From positions 17,546,001-17,610,000 of the forward strand of contig CM120642.1 in NCBI GenBank assembly GCA_051362555.1: DNA of 64,000 nt. The letters run 5' to 3'. The notes below the pieces were generated by a model. That model ran no database searches and had not been told where the DNA came from. It was given only the letters and a program-made list of their open reading frames with translations. A program made the position numbers and the translations under genes. This document shows positions 33,719 through 47,200 of this stretch, in pieces. Position 1 is the stretch's first letter; every line of letters starts with the position of its first letter. Source of the stretch: Lingula anatina. Its lineage: Eukaryota > Animalia > Brachiopoda.

Positions 33719-34754
33719 AAGGTTTTCAAAGTCCATGTTATAATTCATATGAACTGCATGTACTTAGAGGCATATGATTATAGTTGCAAAGTAGATTTGT
33801 TGCAAACCTGCCTAAATCAATTGTTACATGTACATTGCTAAATTTATTAAGAGTCCTGAATTGTGTTATATTCTCATAGTCCGACAAAAATGAAATATAA
33901 GTTATTTAGTTTACTTTTTTGTCTGCCCCAATGTCGATAATGACATTAAGATGCCTGCTGATTTTAATCCATTTTTAAGAAGACTTCCTAACGGCATGAG
34001 TTCCAGATGCTAAATGAGCTCCAGCAAAATTATAATGACGTGTTCTTCATGCTAACTAATTAATAACTTTGTTGAAGATTTAGACTAAACTTGTGCATTT
34101 CAATATGAAAAGCGGGAAAATTGTTTTAAGTATATTGACCATATCATCAAGCCAACATTGGAATTAAACATTTATCATGGTTTTGAACGTCTGAACCTCT
34201 CAGTGTGAGTTGTTTGTAACCACGTGCCTCACAAATTCCCATTGCGTTTCCAATTAGCAACTCCAAACCGTATACTAGGTCTCTACCACCATCCACCTCA
34301 ACTAGGGCGCCACTTGTCGGTGACTAGTCTGATTGATTTGTAGGGGATGGTTTTTTTAAACCAACTCGGCCTACATGTATAATTTTGTTCTCTCAACCTG
34401 CACACACAACGCGCGTATTGAAGTGTGTGTACAATTTAGGCTTGCCTGCAGGACTCGCAGCGAATATTCGATTTACACCGTAATACCAGCCAATAAGCCA
34501 CCACTGAACTGACATCTAAGACTGGCCAGACAGGACAAACAAATCAGTAGTTTGGTAAAACAAGACAAAATAACACACGCCACAGCAATCCCAATAGGTT
34601 GTTTCATCACCCTCATCAGTTCGTACGTACCATTTGGGGTCTTCTTTCAAGGGACGGATAGGGACGTTGCTCCCGTTATTGGTCTTTGTTGCCTGCATAG
34701 TGATTGGCTGGTGAACAATTTCTTCCTATTTTATAAGTAAGAAATTAAAATGTA

Positions 34755-35280
34755 GGGCTTACAAGGGCGATCAATATTGTACTCTTAAAGCCAAATATCT
34801 CTCAAATCAAAGAAATTACGAAGTTATACAGAGGCTGGTTAAAAGTCATAGGTGGAGATTATGACAGTATGAAATAAGCACTGATATTTGACCTATGTTT
34901 CAAGGTCAAATGGGCCAAAATATTGTAAAAAACTTTTGTAAAAAAAGAACAAAATAAGTACATGTATCTGTGTTTGTTTCTGTATTTTCTTTGTTTTGAA
35001 CGACTGGTATGCTATTATGATGAAAAGAGACATCATTTTTAGACCATTTTTTTCCAAATGATATGCTGTTTTTTTCTCTTTTCAACATATACAATATGCG
35101 TAAAATAACACAATTTTAGGAAGACCAAGATACTTGCGTTGTCTTTAAACTTACAGGAGTGATCAATATTAGTATTAAAGCTAATTATCTCTGAAACAAA
35201 AGGAATTAATCGAAGTTAGTATACGGTAGAAGCCTGGCCAAAAGTCATATGTGGAGATTATGACAGTATACAATGGGCCA
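34755..35280. repeat. Diverged direct duplication (about 120 bp, spacing about 390 bp)
   Basis: AAAAGTCATA.GTGGAGATTATGACAGTAT at about 34840 and 35240. Confidence 0.6.
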
Positions 35281-36625
35281 AATTTGCATTCTTTTTATTC
35301 TGTGGAAAATTTATATATTGATTTACACTTGGAAACTTCTACGTCTATAGCCACCGTTTAAGTTGATTGAGCTTATTCTTGTTTAAACTTAGTGTTGATT
35401 TTTCTGATTTTTCTGTTAAAAACTTTTAAAGGAGCATACAAAACGGCTTTACTTAGAAATTATTCACAAAAAGAGCACTTTCTCAGCATCAAACACTCCA
35501 AATAAACAAGATCTATTTCGAATATAACGTCTAATATGCGCCCAGTATGTAGAAATAAAGAACTAAAATTCGCATTTACATCCCGCGATTGTAACATACA
35601 ATATTAGCGTATCACGTTACTCAAATGCTAGCATATGAATGAACGGGCGGGAACAAGCGTGGAAAAACTGCTCAAACTTTCCATCGGTGAAGGTCGAGTG
35701 AACAGGCGTACCAGGCGTAACAAGTCAATGCAGCGGACGATCCGAAGAAAAAAACTTTTTAGCACATGAGAGAGATAAAAACAAGGAAGTACGTACGGCA
35801 CAAAACTTGCACGAATAAAAGTAGGGTTATAACAGAGAGGGCAATGGCATGTCAACAGAGGTAAATAAGACGTTTAACGTTCGGGAACTTTGCACTGACA
35901 CAAAGTCGAATGATGCAATGGCCACAATGGTTAGGAAACCCTGATAGTACTAGTAGTAAAGGGTGCGCGCGCAGTGAATGAATTGTGCGTGCGGCAAAAC
36001 GTTTTTGAAGACAACAGAGCGTAAACCTAAAAGCGAAGAACGGAGAAAAAACGAAATTAAAACCGCGTTTTGACGAATAATATTTATATATCTAATGGTG
36101 ATGATAATTTAACAATTTTAAGCACCACTCTTATACCGTCTCAACAACTATGATAGCACCCTCCCTCGGTAAATGTATGCCGTTTTAAAAGAAAAATGAC
36201 GACACTGCATTACAGCCATACACTTGTGGTAAACTGCCAATTTTGAGATAAAATTCTGTTCAGGGATAAAGTTACGCCGCATCCCGATTGCTGTCTCACC
36301 TCAAAATAGAAAGGTGTTAAATTGACGATTAAAGCTTTGAGTTGCCTATGCTTATGCATTGCAAACGCCGATGGTTTAGATTTTCTGGTAGATTTTCTTT
36401 GAGATTTTCGTTTTAAATCAGAACAAAGATAGATGCATTTCTGATTTATTAGATGCAGGAAAACATCATTTTCGGTATAGATGGCAATAAAGGTTACAAT
36501 ACCCTATAGGCGATCTATCTTACGTTACTGCCTGCATGGCTACATAGTTGACACACTTTCAAACTAGTATCACACAGAAAAGTGTACCGCTCGAGGTGAA
36601 AAGGGTATTTAACTCTTCCAATATT

Positions 36626-37245
36626 TTACCCAATCAAACTGCCAGACTTGACGTTACAGTCTTTGCCTGTGTAGCCAGGGTCACAGGCACATTTATAATC
36701 GTTAACCAAGTCAATACATGTGCCATACCAGCATGGATAGCTGTTGCACTCATTTTCCTGAGTCTCACACTTCTTCCCGATGAACCCAGCTTGGCAGCGA
36801 CACACGTGGCCGTCAGTGGGACTGTAGTCACATCTACCTCCGTTCTGACACAGGCATCGCTCACAGCGGGTCCCGGTCCACAACTTAGGGCACGTGCAAT
36901 TGAAGGTCCCATCGAGCTGTGTGATACAGCGTCCGCCATGAAGACAGGGGGAGCTGGTGCAAGGGTTGACACGGGTTTGGCAATGGGTTCCCTTGTGGGT
37001 GGCTGGACAGGTGCAGTTGTAGCCCCCAAGCTTCGGAGCGCAAGTGGACCCATGCTGACATGGGTTGGACTGACAGAAATCGATTAGGTTTTCACAATAC
37101 TTGCCAGTGTAAAATGGAGGACATATACATTGGAAGTCACCGAGCTGGTTTTTAAACGTACCGGTAGCGCCATAATCAGTCTCCTTACATTGCGCGCCGC
37201 TTTTGCAGGGATTTGCAGAACATGGCGCTGTTGTAGATGTACTTC
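36626..37245 (-). CDS. Copy B terminal exon, 5 EGF-like repeats
   Basis: ORF 36626-37279; acceptor TTCACAG|GA. Confidence 0.85.
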
Positions 37246-38713
37246 CTGTGAAAAAGACAAAAACATTAAATCGATCCAAGTCAGGGCCCGCTTACAAATC
37301 AGCCTATAATTAAAAGACGAGTCTCTATTTTAACTCATAAAACGAGGAATTAGTGATGATAAATTGCTGTCAATGTGCTTAATGCATATTTGTTATTTTT
37401 TCGCCAACATTTCCCCAGCTATCTCTTCAAAGCCTGTAAACACGAACTGGTTTTAATAACACATCACCGATAACTGTGGTAAATGCACTCTCTTAAAACC
37501 CTATTAAAGTGTATTTAGAAGGAACGTGCCACATGCACATATACGTGAGATACAAACTGCTGTGTAATACATGTGATACATGCAGCAAAACAGTACTAGT
37601 ACAATGTATTATGGGCCTAGTGCCATATTATCTAAATGTGTTTCTATATTTTTTATGATTTCTAAGGGTAAACAGCACCTATGGATATTTCTACGTTTTA
37701 TTCCAAAATACTGACCACGAGTTTGCTTCCTGTCGAATTGATAACTTGTAAAATTGTGACTGTGGACATTGGCTTACTAGGTTGCGTCTTGCCCAAATGC
37801 TAAGTTTTAAAAAACAAATGTTTACATAGAAATATGAACGATCCTTGTGTATATTCGTCTCTATATCCTTTTTTGTGACTCAGATATGCTAATTTTTTGG
37901 TATTTTCAAGAAGATTTTTTTATCACCTATTATTAATCAAATTTAAATTACCTTATGGTATACCCAGCCTTCATTCCCAGTCTCGGGCCAAACGTAGTGG
38001 ATGTATTGAATCATGGCTGCTATGAACAGCACTATCATGCCCCCCATGCCTATGGTAAATATACTGTCTGATAATGCCAATATAAACTATTTATCAGTGC
38101 GATACTGATAAATTCCTTAGACTGACATGAGCTTTATAAGCTTCAAAAGCATCTTCAGTCCCCATGTTGTTTTCTAGCACTCACCATTGGGTGGAAAACA
38201 TCCATAGCCCCCGTTAAAAGGTTGGCACATCATTGGTTGTCCTGGTTCTTTTTCTAAGCATGGGTTCGGATGGCAAGGATCTTGAAACCATTAGAAATAC
38301 ACGTGATGCCAAATGTTTAATTATTTATATATACTAGCTCATTACAATAGAGATGATGAGAAAATAGTTTAATCTAATACTTATTGAAACGGAGACCTTA
38401 ACGTCCCGGGTCAACTCATTTTGAGTTGTTTCCAATGACGCGTGGTGACGTTCTTCCCTTCACTGTGTAGAAAACCCTGCCATAAGGTCGAAACGTCTTG
38501 ATCTCCATTTCAACGTCAGATTTTAGTTTTATTTTTCTCATTATCGCAGTATAATTTAACTTGATGAATTAAAGTATTCACTTTCAGTTAATTTCCAGTT
38601 CCATTATCTTTTCAAAGGTAGAACTACTTGGTAGTAGGTAAATCGTAATCTTAATCCATTCTAGACAAATGATTATCTCCAATTTGAAGATGTACGTATA
38701 CTCCTTTAGCCAA

Positions 38714-38776
<63 letters not shown>

Positions 38777-41700
38777 TCACCCTTTGTCGTCTTTGTAACC
38801 GTCGTGGTGGGCAGAATCGTGGTGGCACTGGCACTGGTAGTTAGTAACACTCCACACGTGTCTCCACTGTAACCAGCAGGACAAATACACGTGTATTCGT
38901 CCACTTTATCCACACAAGTACCATCGTTTAAGCACGGGTTGGAGGAACATTCATCAATGTCTATCAGGCAGGTTGGTCCGGCATATCCAGCCTGACAGAG
39001 ACAAGTAAAACTGTCGATTCCGTCGAGACATAGTCCCTTGCTGCAGGGGTTAGATGCACATTCATCGACGTTTGTCTGGCAGTGAGTCCCTGTATAACCA
39101 ACTTGACAGTTACACTTGTATCCGTTTACACCATCCAAGCAGGTTCCCCCATTGTCACAGCGATTAGATGAGCATTCATCGACGTTTGTCTGGCAGTTAG
39201 TCCCTGTATAACCAACTGGACATGTGCATGTGTATCCGTTTACACCATCCAAGCAGGTTCCCCCGCTACCACAGGGGTTAGACGCACATTCATCGACGTT
39301 TGTCTGGCAGTTAGTCCCTGTATAACCAACTGGACATGTACACGTGTATCCGTTTACACCATCCAAGCAGGTACCTCCGCTACCACAGGGATTAGATGAA
39401 CATTCATCGACATTGGATTCACAATGCAAACCAATATATCCCGCTAAACAATTGCATTTGTACCTGCCAATATCGTCGGTGCAAGTTGCGCCGTTCTTAC
39501 AAGGGTTGGAGGCACATTCGTTTATGTTGATTTCGCAAGTGGGACCAGCAAAACCAGAGCTACACATACAAGTGAAACTGTTTATTCCATCGAAACAAAG
39601 ACCATTCTTACACGGATTAGAGGCACACTCATAGATATCAGTCTCGCAGTTTGATCCTGTAAAACCGGACGGGCAGGTGCAGATGTATCCACTGATTGCA
39701 TCTTTGCAACTGCCGCCATTTTGGCAAGGGTTTGATTCGCACTCATCAACGTTGGTTTCACAGTTATAGCCTGAAAACCCTGCGAGACACATGCATGTAT
39801 ACCCATTTACGCCATCCGCACACATTCCTCCATTGAGACAGGGGTTGGATGCGCATTCGTTTATATCGATTTCACACAAAGAACCAGTATGCCCATCCAG
39901 ACATACACAGTTATACCTGTTAACGCCATCTACACATGTTGCTCCGTTCTGACACGGGTCAGATGTGCATTCGTTGATATTGGTTTCGCATGTAGCATCG
40001 GTAAAACCAGGTTTGCATGAGCATGTGAATCCATTTATACCATCAAAACATGTTGCACTATTCTTACAAGGATTAGACTCACATTCATCAATATTGGTTT
40101 CGCATGTTGGGCCAACAAATCCAGGTTTGCATGAGCATGTGAATCCATTCACACCATCAATACATGTTGCTCCATTCACGCAAGGGTTAGATGCGCATTC
40201 GTTGATATTTGTTTCACATGTAAGACCGGCAAATCCAGGCTTGCATGCACAAGTAAATTCATTCACACCATCAATACACATTGCACCATTCATGCAAGGG
40301 TTAGATACGCATTCATCAACGTTAGTTTCGCAGATAAGGCCGGCATATCCAGGTTTGCATGAACATATGAATCCATCTATGCCATCAATACATGATGCAC
40401 CATTGTTGCAAGGGTTAGATGCACATTCATCAACGTTAGTTTCGCACATAAGGCCGGCAAATCCAGGTTTGCATGAACATGTGAATCCATTTATGCCATC
40501 AACACACGTTGCTCTATTCTTGCAAGGGTTAGATGCACATTCATCAACATTGGTTTGGCATGTCAGGCCGGCAAATCCAGATTTGCAGACACATGTGTAT
40601 TCATTCACACCATCAATACACGTTGCGCCATTCTTGCAAGGGTTAGATGCACATTCATCAACGTAAGTTTCGCACATAAGGCCGGCAAATCCAGGTTTGC
40701 ATGAACATGTGAACCCATTTATGCCATCAACACACGTTGCTCTATTCTTGCAAGGGTTAGATGCACATTCATCGATATTGATTTTACATGTAGGGTCGGT
40801 AAAACCAGGTTTGCATGAACATGTAAATCCATTCACACCATCAATACATGTTGCACTATTCTTGCAAGGGTTAGATGCGCATTCATCGATATTGGTTCCA
40901 CATGTTGGGTCGGTAAAACCAGGTTTGCAGGCACACGTGTATTCATTCACACCATCAATACATGATGCACCATTCTTGCAAGGGTTAGAAGCACATTCAT
41001 CAACATTGGTTTGGCATGTAAGACCGGCAAATCCAGGTTTGCATGAACACGTGAATCCATTTACACTATCAATACATGTTGCACCGTTCTTGCAAGGGTT
41101 AGACACACATTCTTCAACATTGGTCTGGCATTCAGAGCCAGTATAACCAGGCAGACATTCACAGCTATATTTGTTGACGGCGTCTCTGCATGTGGCACCA
41201 TTTTGACAAGGCGACGATTTGCATTCATCTATGTCCAATTGGCAGTTATTGCCAGTATATCCTCTTTGGCAGGTACACGTATAGCCGTCGATCTCATCTT
41301 TACATAAACCGTTGTGTTGACACGGGATAGATGAGCACTCATCAATGGCAACCTCACATAACGGACCGGTCCATCCACCACGGCAAGTACAACTGTAGCC
41401 ATTAACAGCATCATTGCATTTACCGCCGTTCTTACAAGGAGTAGAAGAACATTCGTCTACGTCTGTCTCACAGGTCAAACCCGTATACCCGGCCACACAA
41501 TCACATTTGAATTTATTGACTTCATCTGTACAAAAGCCGCCATTTTTGCAAGGTTGAGAGGCACATTCGTCTATATTCGTTTCACACTGGACACCGGTAA
41601 ACCCAGCTGGGCAGGTGCATTTGAATCCATTGACTGTGTCAACACATCCGCCATCATTTTTGCAAGGACCAGAGGCGCACTCATCAATGTTTGTTTCACA

Positions 41701-43231
41701 ACGTTTGCCAGTGAAACCAGCCGGACAGAGGCATTTGTATCCATTCACTGCATCTATGCAAAGTCCTTTGAGACACGGGTTCGAGGAACATTCATTTACA
41801 TTCACATTGCAAGTTAAACCGGAATATCCCGATAAGCATTCACAAGCAAATCCATTGACTTTATCTGCGCAGAAGGCGCCATTTTCACAAGGCTGGGAGG
41901 CACATCCGTCTATATTTGTTTCACACTGGACACCAGTGAACCCAGCTGGACAAGTGCATTTGAATCCATTGACTTCATCGACACAACTTCCGCCATTTGT
42001 ACAAGGTTGGGAGGAACACTCGTCTATATTCGTTTCACAATGGATACCAGTGAACCCAGCTGGACAGGTACATTGGAATCCATTCACTCCATCGACACAT
42101 CTGCCGCCATTTTTGCAAGGTTGGGATGCGCATTCGTTTATATTCGTTTCACAATGGACACCGGTGAACCCATGATCACAATGACAAGCGTATGCAGCCT
42201 TAAGGTCGCGGCAAGTGCCATGTTTACACGGATTCGATGTGCACTCGTTAATGTTTGTCTGGCAGTGTTTCCCAGTGAAACCAACATTACAAAGGCAAAC
42301 GTACTTATTTATACCGTCTAAGCATCTTCCGTTTGAAAGGCATGGGTTAGGATCACAATCGTTAATGTTTACGTCACATCTTCTTCCAGTAAAACCAGTT
42401 GGACAAGAACACTTGTATCCGTCAGCAGTGTTTGTACATTTACCGTCATTTTGACAGGGGGATCTAAAGCACTCTGGAATAGATGGAAATTGACCATTAG
42501 ATATGTAAGATTACAATATAGCATATGGATTATCTTGGCGTCAGTATCCATATTTACTTAATAACTAGTTAGTCTGGCTCTTGCTTTTACCAAGCGAAAC
42601 AATAATTATCAGACGCGACACCGCTCTTGCCTAGTACGCGATGTGATAGTGACGATTCTCAGGGGTTGAAAAGTATTGCATCACCACTCAAAATTTGTTC
42701 GGGGTATGATACTGTGAAATGCGTACTGACTCACACCTTGAAAACGGGTAGTGTGGTCCGATCTACCGGTGAATTCGGGATCATTCGGTGCCGAGTCTGG
42801 TAGTTGGGTAGGCCTGACATACGTCCGCGGCGATTTAATTTTCATCCTGCGACAACGATGGACGCACGATCTCTTAGCACGCACGACGTGTTGTAAGAGA
42901 GGCATTTCCCTTACCGTTGGTACCAGAATTTTCCATTCCCCCGAAACTGTTTAATTCATAGCGTCATGTAGGAAGCTCGGAATTTTCAAAATGTTTATCA
43001 AAATACATACAGGGCTGTTATACAGCCCTACGAAAGCTTCTGTGAGGCGAAAAAGTAATAAAAATAAAATTGTTCTGTATTCCTCCATATGCAAGATAGT
43101 TAATAAAAGATGTACTAAACTAAATATTCTATTACTAATATTGCTTTACTATGGACGTGATTAATCTTTTCACAATTAGTCTTGCCTAATCGGATTTTAA
43201 AACTGCCTGGATTTCAATCTTGCAAGACAAA

Positions 43232-43280
<49 letters not shown>

Positions 43281-44217
43281 CACACACACACACACGCACG
43301 CGCGTTCATGAGCCAAATCATATCAATTTGATTTGATTGTTATGCATAAAATATGTTTCCAATCTAAAACGCTCTATTGCGATGTAGGGTGTTCCATTCA
43401 CAATAAATATATCAAAGTAAACTGTTACCGATTTTAAACAAAAGCAGCGCATTTACCGTTACGGACACACGTTGGTGCCGACCCACTCCATTTAGTTGAC
43501 GATCCTTGAACTTCACATCTTCGCTCGAGATCCCCAGCAACAACTGTGTAACCAAAGTAACACCTGTAGATGATGTTTTCTCCTACGTTGTTTCGGTCCT
43601 GAATCGTTATGGTTTTGGATGGACTTGAAGGCATCGTGCATTCTGGGTAGTGGGAAATATCATGAAAAATTTTAATTGCATCATGATGTCGATTAATCCT
43701 CCTTTTTATTATTTTTTTTTTTTTCGTTAATTTCTGAAAAATTATATAGGAAATTATCACCTTTAATTATTTGTGATCTTTTTGGATCGTTTTGCACAAA
43801 ACACGTAAACTACATGTATACCTACGTCTTTTTTCACAGTTGCTGCCACCGAAGCCAGCAGGACATTCACAACTATAACCAGTGTTCTCTGCGGAACTAG
43901 AATTCCCCTTCGGTTTAAATAAAGCGGAGACGAACCCCGAGATAGAGCTTTTATTACCAGCCTCCTTGCATTTTCCGCCGTTTTTACAGGGGTTTGCAGA
44001 ACACACCGTTGCTGTTGATGTTGGTCTTGAAGTTGATGCACTTTCTGTGAAAAGGGCAAAATATTCAATCGATCCCATGTCCAGTTATGAATTAGGGCGT
44101 GGCTTCAGATCAACCGTGAAACATACCAGATAATGTAACAACGGTTTGGTACAAAAGAGGCAGTCAAGCCTACCAGGATTGATAGATTACGTCTTAATAA
44201 TAATAATAATAATAATG

Positions 44218-44248
<31 letters not shown>

Positions 44249-47200
44249 AAAATCCATATATTATGCAAAATTTTGGACGTTTTCAAGAACACCGAGAATA
44301 ACCTATTATCAATCAAACTTAATTATACTAATTTTACCACCCTTGATTTTCAGCATTCGTCCAAACGTAACCTCTATGTGTCTTAGCTGTCTAGCAGATG
44401 ATATAGAATATTTCAATGTCCGTTCTGATCTTTTTTCTGGCTGATAGGCTTTCCATTTAAATCTTTTTCACAACAAAACGAAGACTATGCTGAACACCAT
44501 AAGGAATGGAAAAAAAGGAAAACATATTTACCTGCCCGCTTCTCGCAAACAAACCGCCGTAATTCATTGCAGTCATCATCTCGTATTTTTGAAGTGTCGG
44601 TTGTTTTTAAATACCCACATGTGCTACCTCTTTCTTAAAGAACACGAAGGCATTTGTGTCAGTTTGTAAACACGTTAATAAGTGTAAAAATGTTCTTGAA
44701 AATTAATAAAAGTATTTATACGGCCAAATGCTCACAAACTCATCAAAGTTCTGTTTTTACCAAGGGGAAAAGGTACATTAGGTCTATTTGAGAAAAAAAA
44801 AAAACTATCATTTATCTTTTAAAACAAACATTGACCTGTGTGAGTCTTGGCCCAAAATGATTGATAAAAGACCCGAGTGGGAAAACAAATACAAATGTAC
44901 TGAAATACTCACTAGTCTTACACCTGTCGTCAGAAATGGCCAGATAGCTGTAGTAAGTTCCCGTTACAGAACTGAAAATCAAAGACAAAGACCAAGCCTT
45001 AAACCAAGATGACGATCATACACACGCTTAAAGAAATATTCAGTTCCAATCTATATGCTTCATATGATTTATATTTCAGGCAATATCCTTCTTCGACTGC
45101 GTTCTAGGTCAGACCCTAAATTTGCCCTACCCTCCATCGTATGCGTAAAAGTACTTTGGGATGTTCAAATTGGTTAAGAAAATTATCTATATGACTCTAT
45201 TGATTGACTATGATCTTCGTTTATTATTTCCCCCGTAGTCTCTGTTTGTAATTTAGTATCCGGGATATTGCTGCTGGCGTTGGGGGGAGCATGTATAAAA
45301 TTGACCATTTTCTCTTGTCGTGCTTTTATTTACTATTTTATTAATAATTAATTATTGTTGGGGAGAAAGCTTAAATTTATATTTGAGGTATCAGAGGAGA
45401 TATATGGATAGGGCATGTGCCACACTGTGTCTCCCAGGGATCCGTCATAATATAAACATACCTTTTTTCTTTATTTTGACTGCAACAATAAAGTTTAAAA
45501 AGTGATAAGATATAAAAAAGTGATATGATATAGCACAACAATCTTTCTTTCACTAAGCAGTCGCTAAACAAGAGGACAAATGTATATACTCTACCTTGAT
45601 ACATTGTATTAATACCCTATGTCTGTGATTGATATATATTCGCTGTTAGATGTATTAACTTTTCACATTTTAGTGAAGGATACATATATGCCTGTAAATA
45701 TCTTTAAATTAACATAATTTGGTAAACAGCTTAATTTTTTGTAGTTACCTTGGTTTACAGGAAACTGACGATCTTCTGACAGTGTAGCCGACCCACGCTT
45801 CCCCCACGTTCTTTATCAAATCGGACAAAAATTTATTCTCGTCCCTACTGTCAACCACGGCGAGGGTTCCCCCTAAATCCTGGCAGACTTTGTGAGCGAA
45901 TGCCCATGTCTGTTTGGTGCAGGATAGTTTAAACTGCGTACGAGAGTTGCCTCTTGGATACCCAACCCACTGAGAGTTTGAACATGAAACTGACAAAAGA
46001 AAAAGAAATGAATGATGTTTTTTGTCAAATTGTGAAATTGTTAACTTTTTTGTATCTTCAATTTGCCTCACATAACATGAATTGGCACACCGATATAAAC
46101 AATTGAAGTTGTGGCTTATACATGTACATGTGCATACGATATCACGTTCATTTTGTCCTTTTTGTTTTCATTTTGGTATTTTCTTTTTATATGAAAATTC
46201 AAGATAGGAAAAGTAATCCAAACGTTTAATTAATAAAAGTGTGCGTGTGTTTTATGAAGCCGATAAAGTGTACGTTGAACCTATAATTTGCTTTGAATGT
46301 CCAGAATGCATATCGGTTATTACTTTTCGCCCAAATTTTCCAAGCTGTCTCGTTAAATCCGGTAAACACGAGCTAGCTTAAGATAACACTCCCCCGCTGT
46401 CTATGGTAAATATACTACCTAAAGGCCCTCTTAAAGTGTTTAGAAGGTACATGTCACACGTATTTACACGTGAGATACAAACTATTGCGTAATAAAAGTA
46501 TAAAAACATAGTATGAGTTATTTTAGACCATTATTTGCTATTATTGCATGACGTTATGGGGTTTTATTTTTTGTTTTCCAAGGGTGAGCAGCATTAATTG
46601 TATATTTCTACGATTTATTTCAAAATACTGCGTGACAGTTGACCACGAGTTTTAGTCCCCCACCTGATACGAATAAAGGCGTTTAGAAAAGCTCTTTCCT
46701 TCAATTGGCCAAAGGGCCAAACAATTTTCACGTTGCATGAAGATAAACAGTTAAAGAATATCCACAATAAATTCGGCAAACGAGAGATGCGCCAACATAT
46801 AGATAATCCCGATAGTATTTATGTCGATATATCAAAACGAATAGCCCCGCCGTTCGAGCCTTTTAAAACAAATGAAAGCAACGGAAAGGGGGTCACGTCA
46901 CCTTCCCATCAGGCCAAGCTATGTAAACAAAGCAGCATGGCCGACTGTTATGGAGATTCTGAGGAGGGAGACGTGAAATTTTCGCCAACCCTTACGAAAA
47001 TTTCCTATAGGATCCTTTCCTATAGGATTTCCTATAGGATCCTATAGGAAATTGTTGTAAGTTAAAATCTTGAGAAAAATGCATATCTTATAAACAAATA
47101 TCATTCTAAACAATAAATATTTGATATAGGTCAATTTTATCAGTTGAATTGTCAATTATATATCACTATTAAAGTCTTTTATTGTTTATAATGCACAATC

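Noticed and set aside
35600-36130. GC-richer block as promoter or transposon end
   Set aside because: No matching TIR, TSD or ORF could be identified by eye.
36555-36625. Hydrophobic frame after the stop of the terminal EGF exon (KILEELNTLFTSSGTLFCVILV*)
   Set aside because: Out of frame in both copies and only weakly hydrophobic; cannot be distinguished from conserved 3' UTR.
38584-38780. C-terminal YIYIYI tail of the 1167-aa ORF as a transmembrane segment
   Set aside because: Read-through into the intronic (TA)n microsatellite past the GTGAGT donor.
39344-42454. Plus-strand ORFs over the EGF exons (also 7238-8305, 4923-5272, 36548-37087)
   Set aside because: Antisense shadows of repetitive Cys-rich coding sequence with no independent domain signal.
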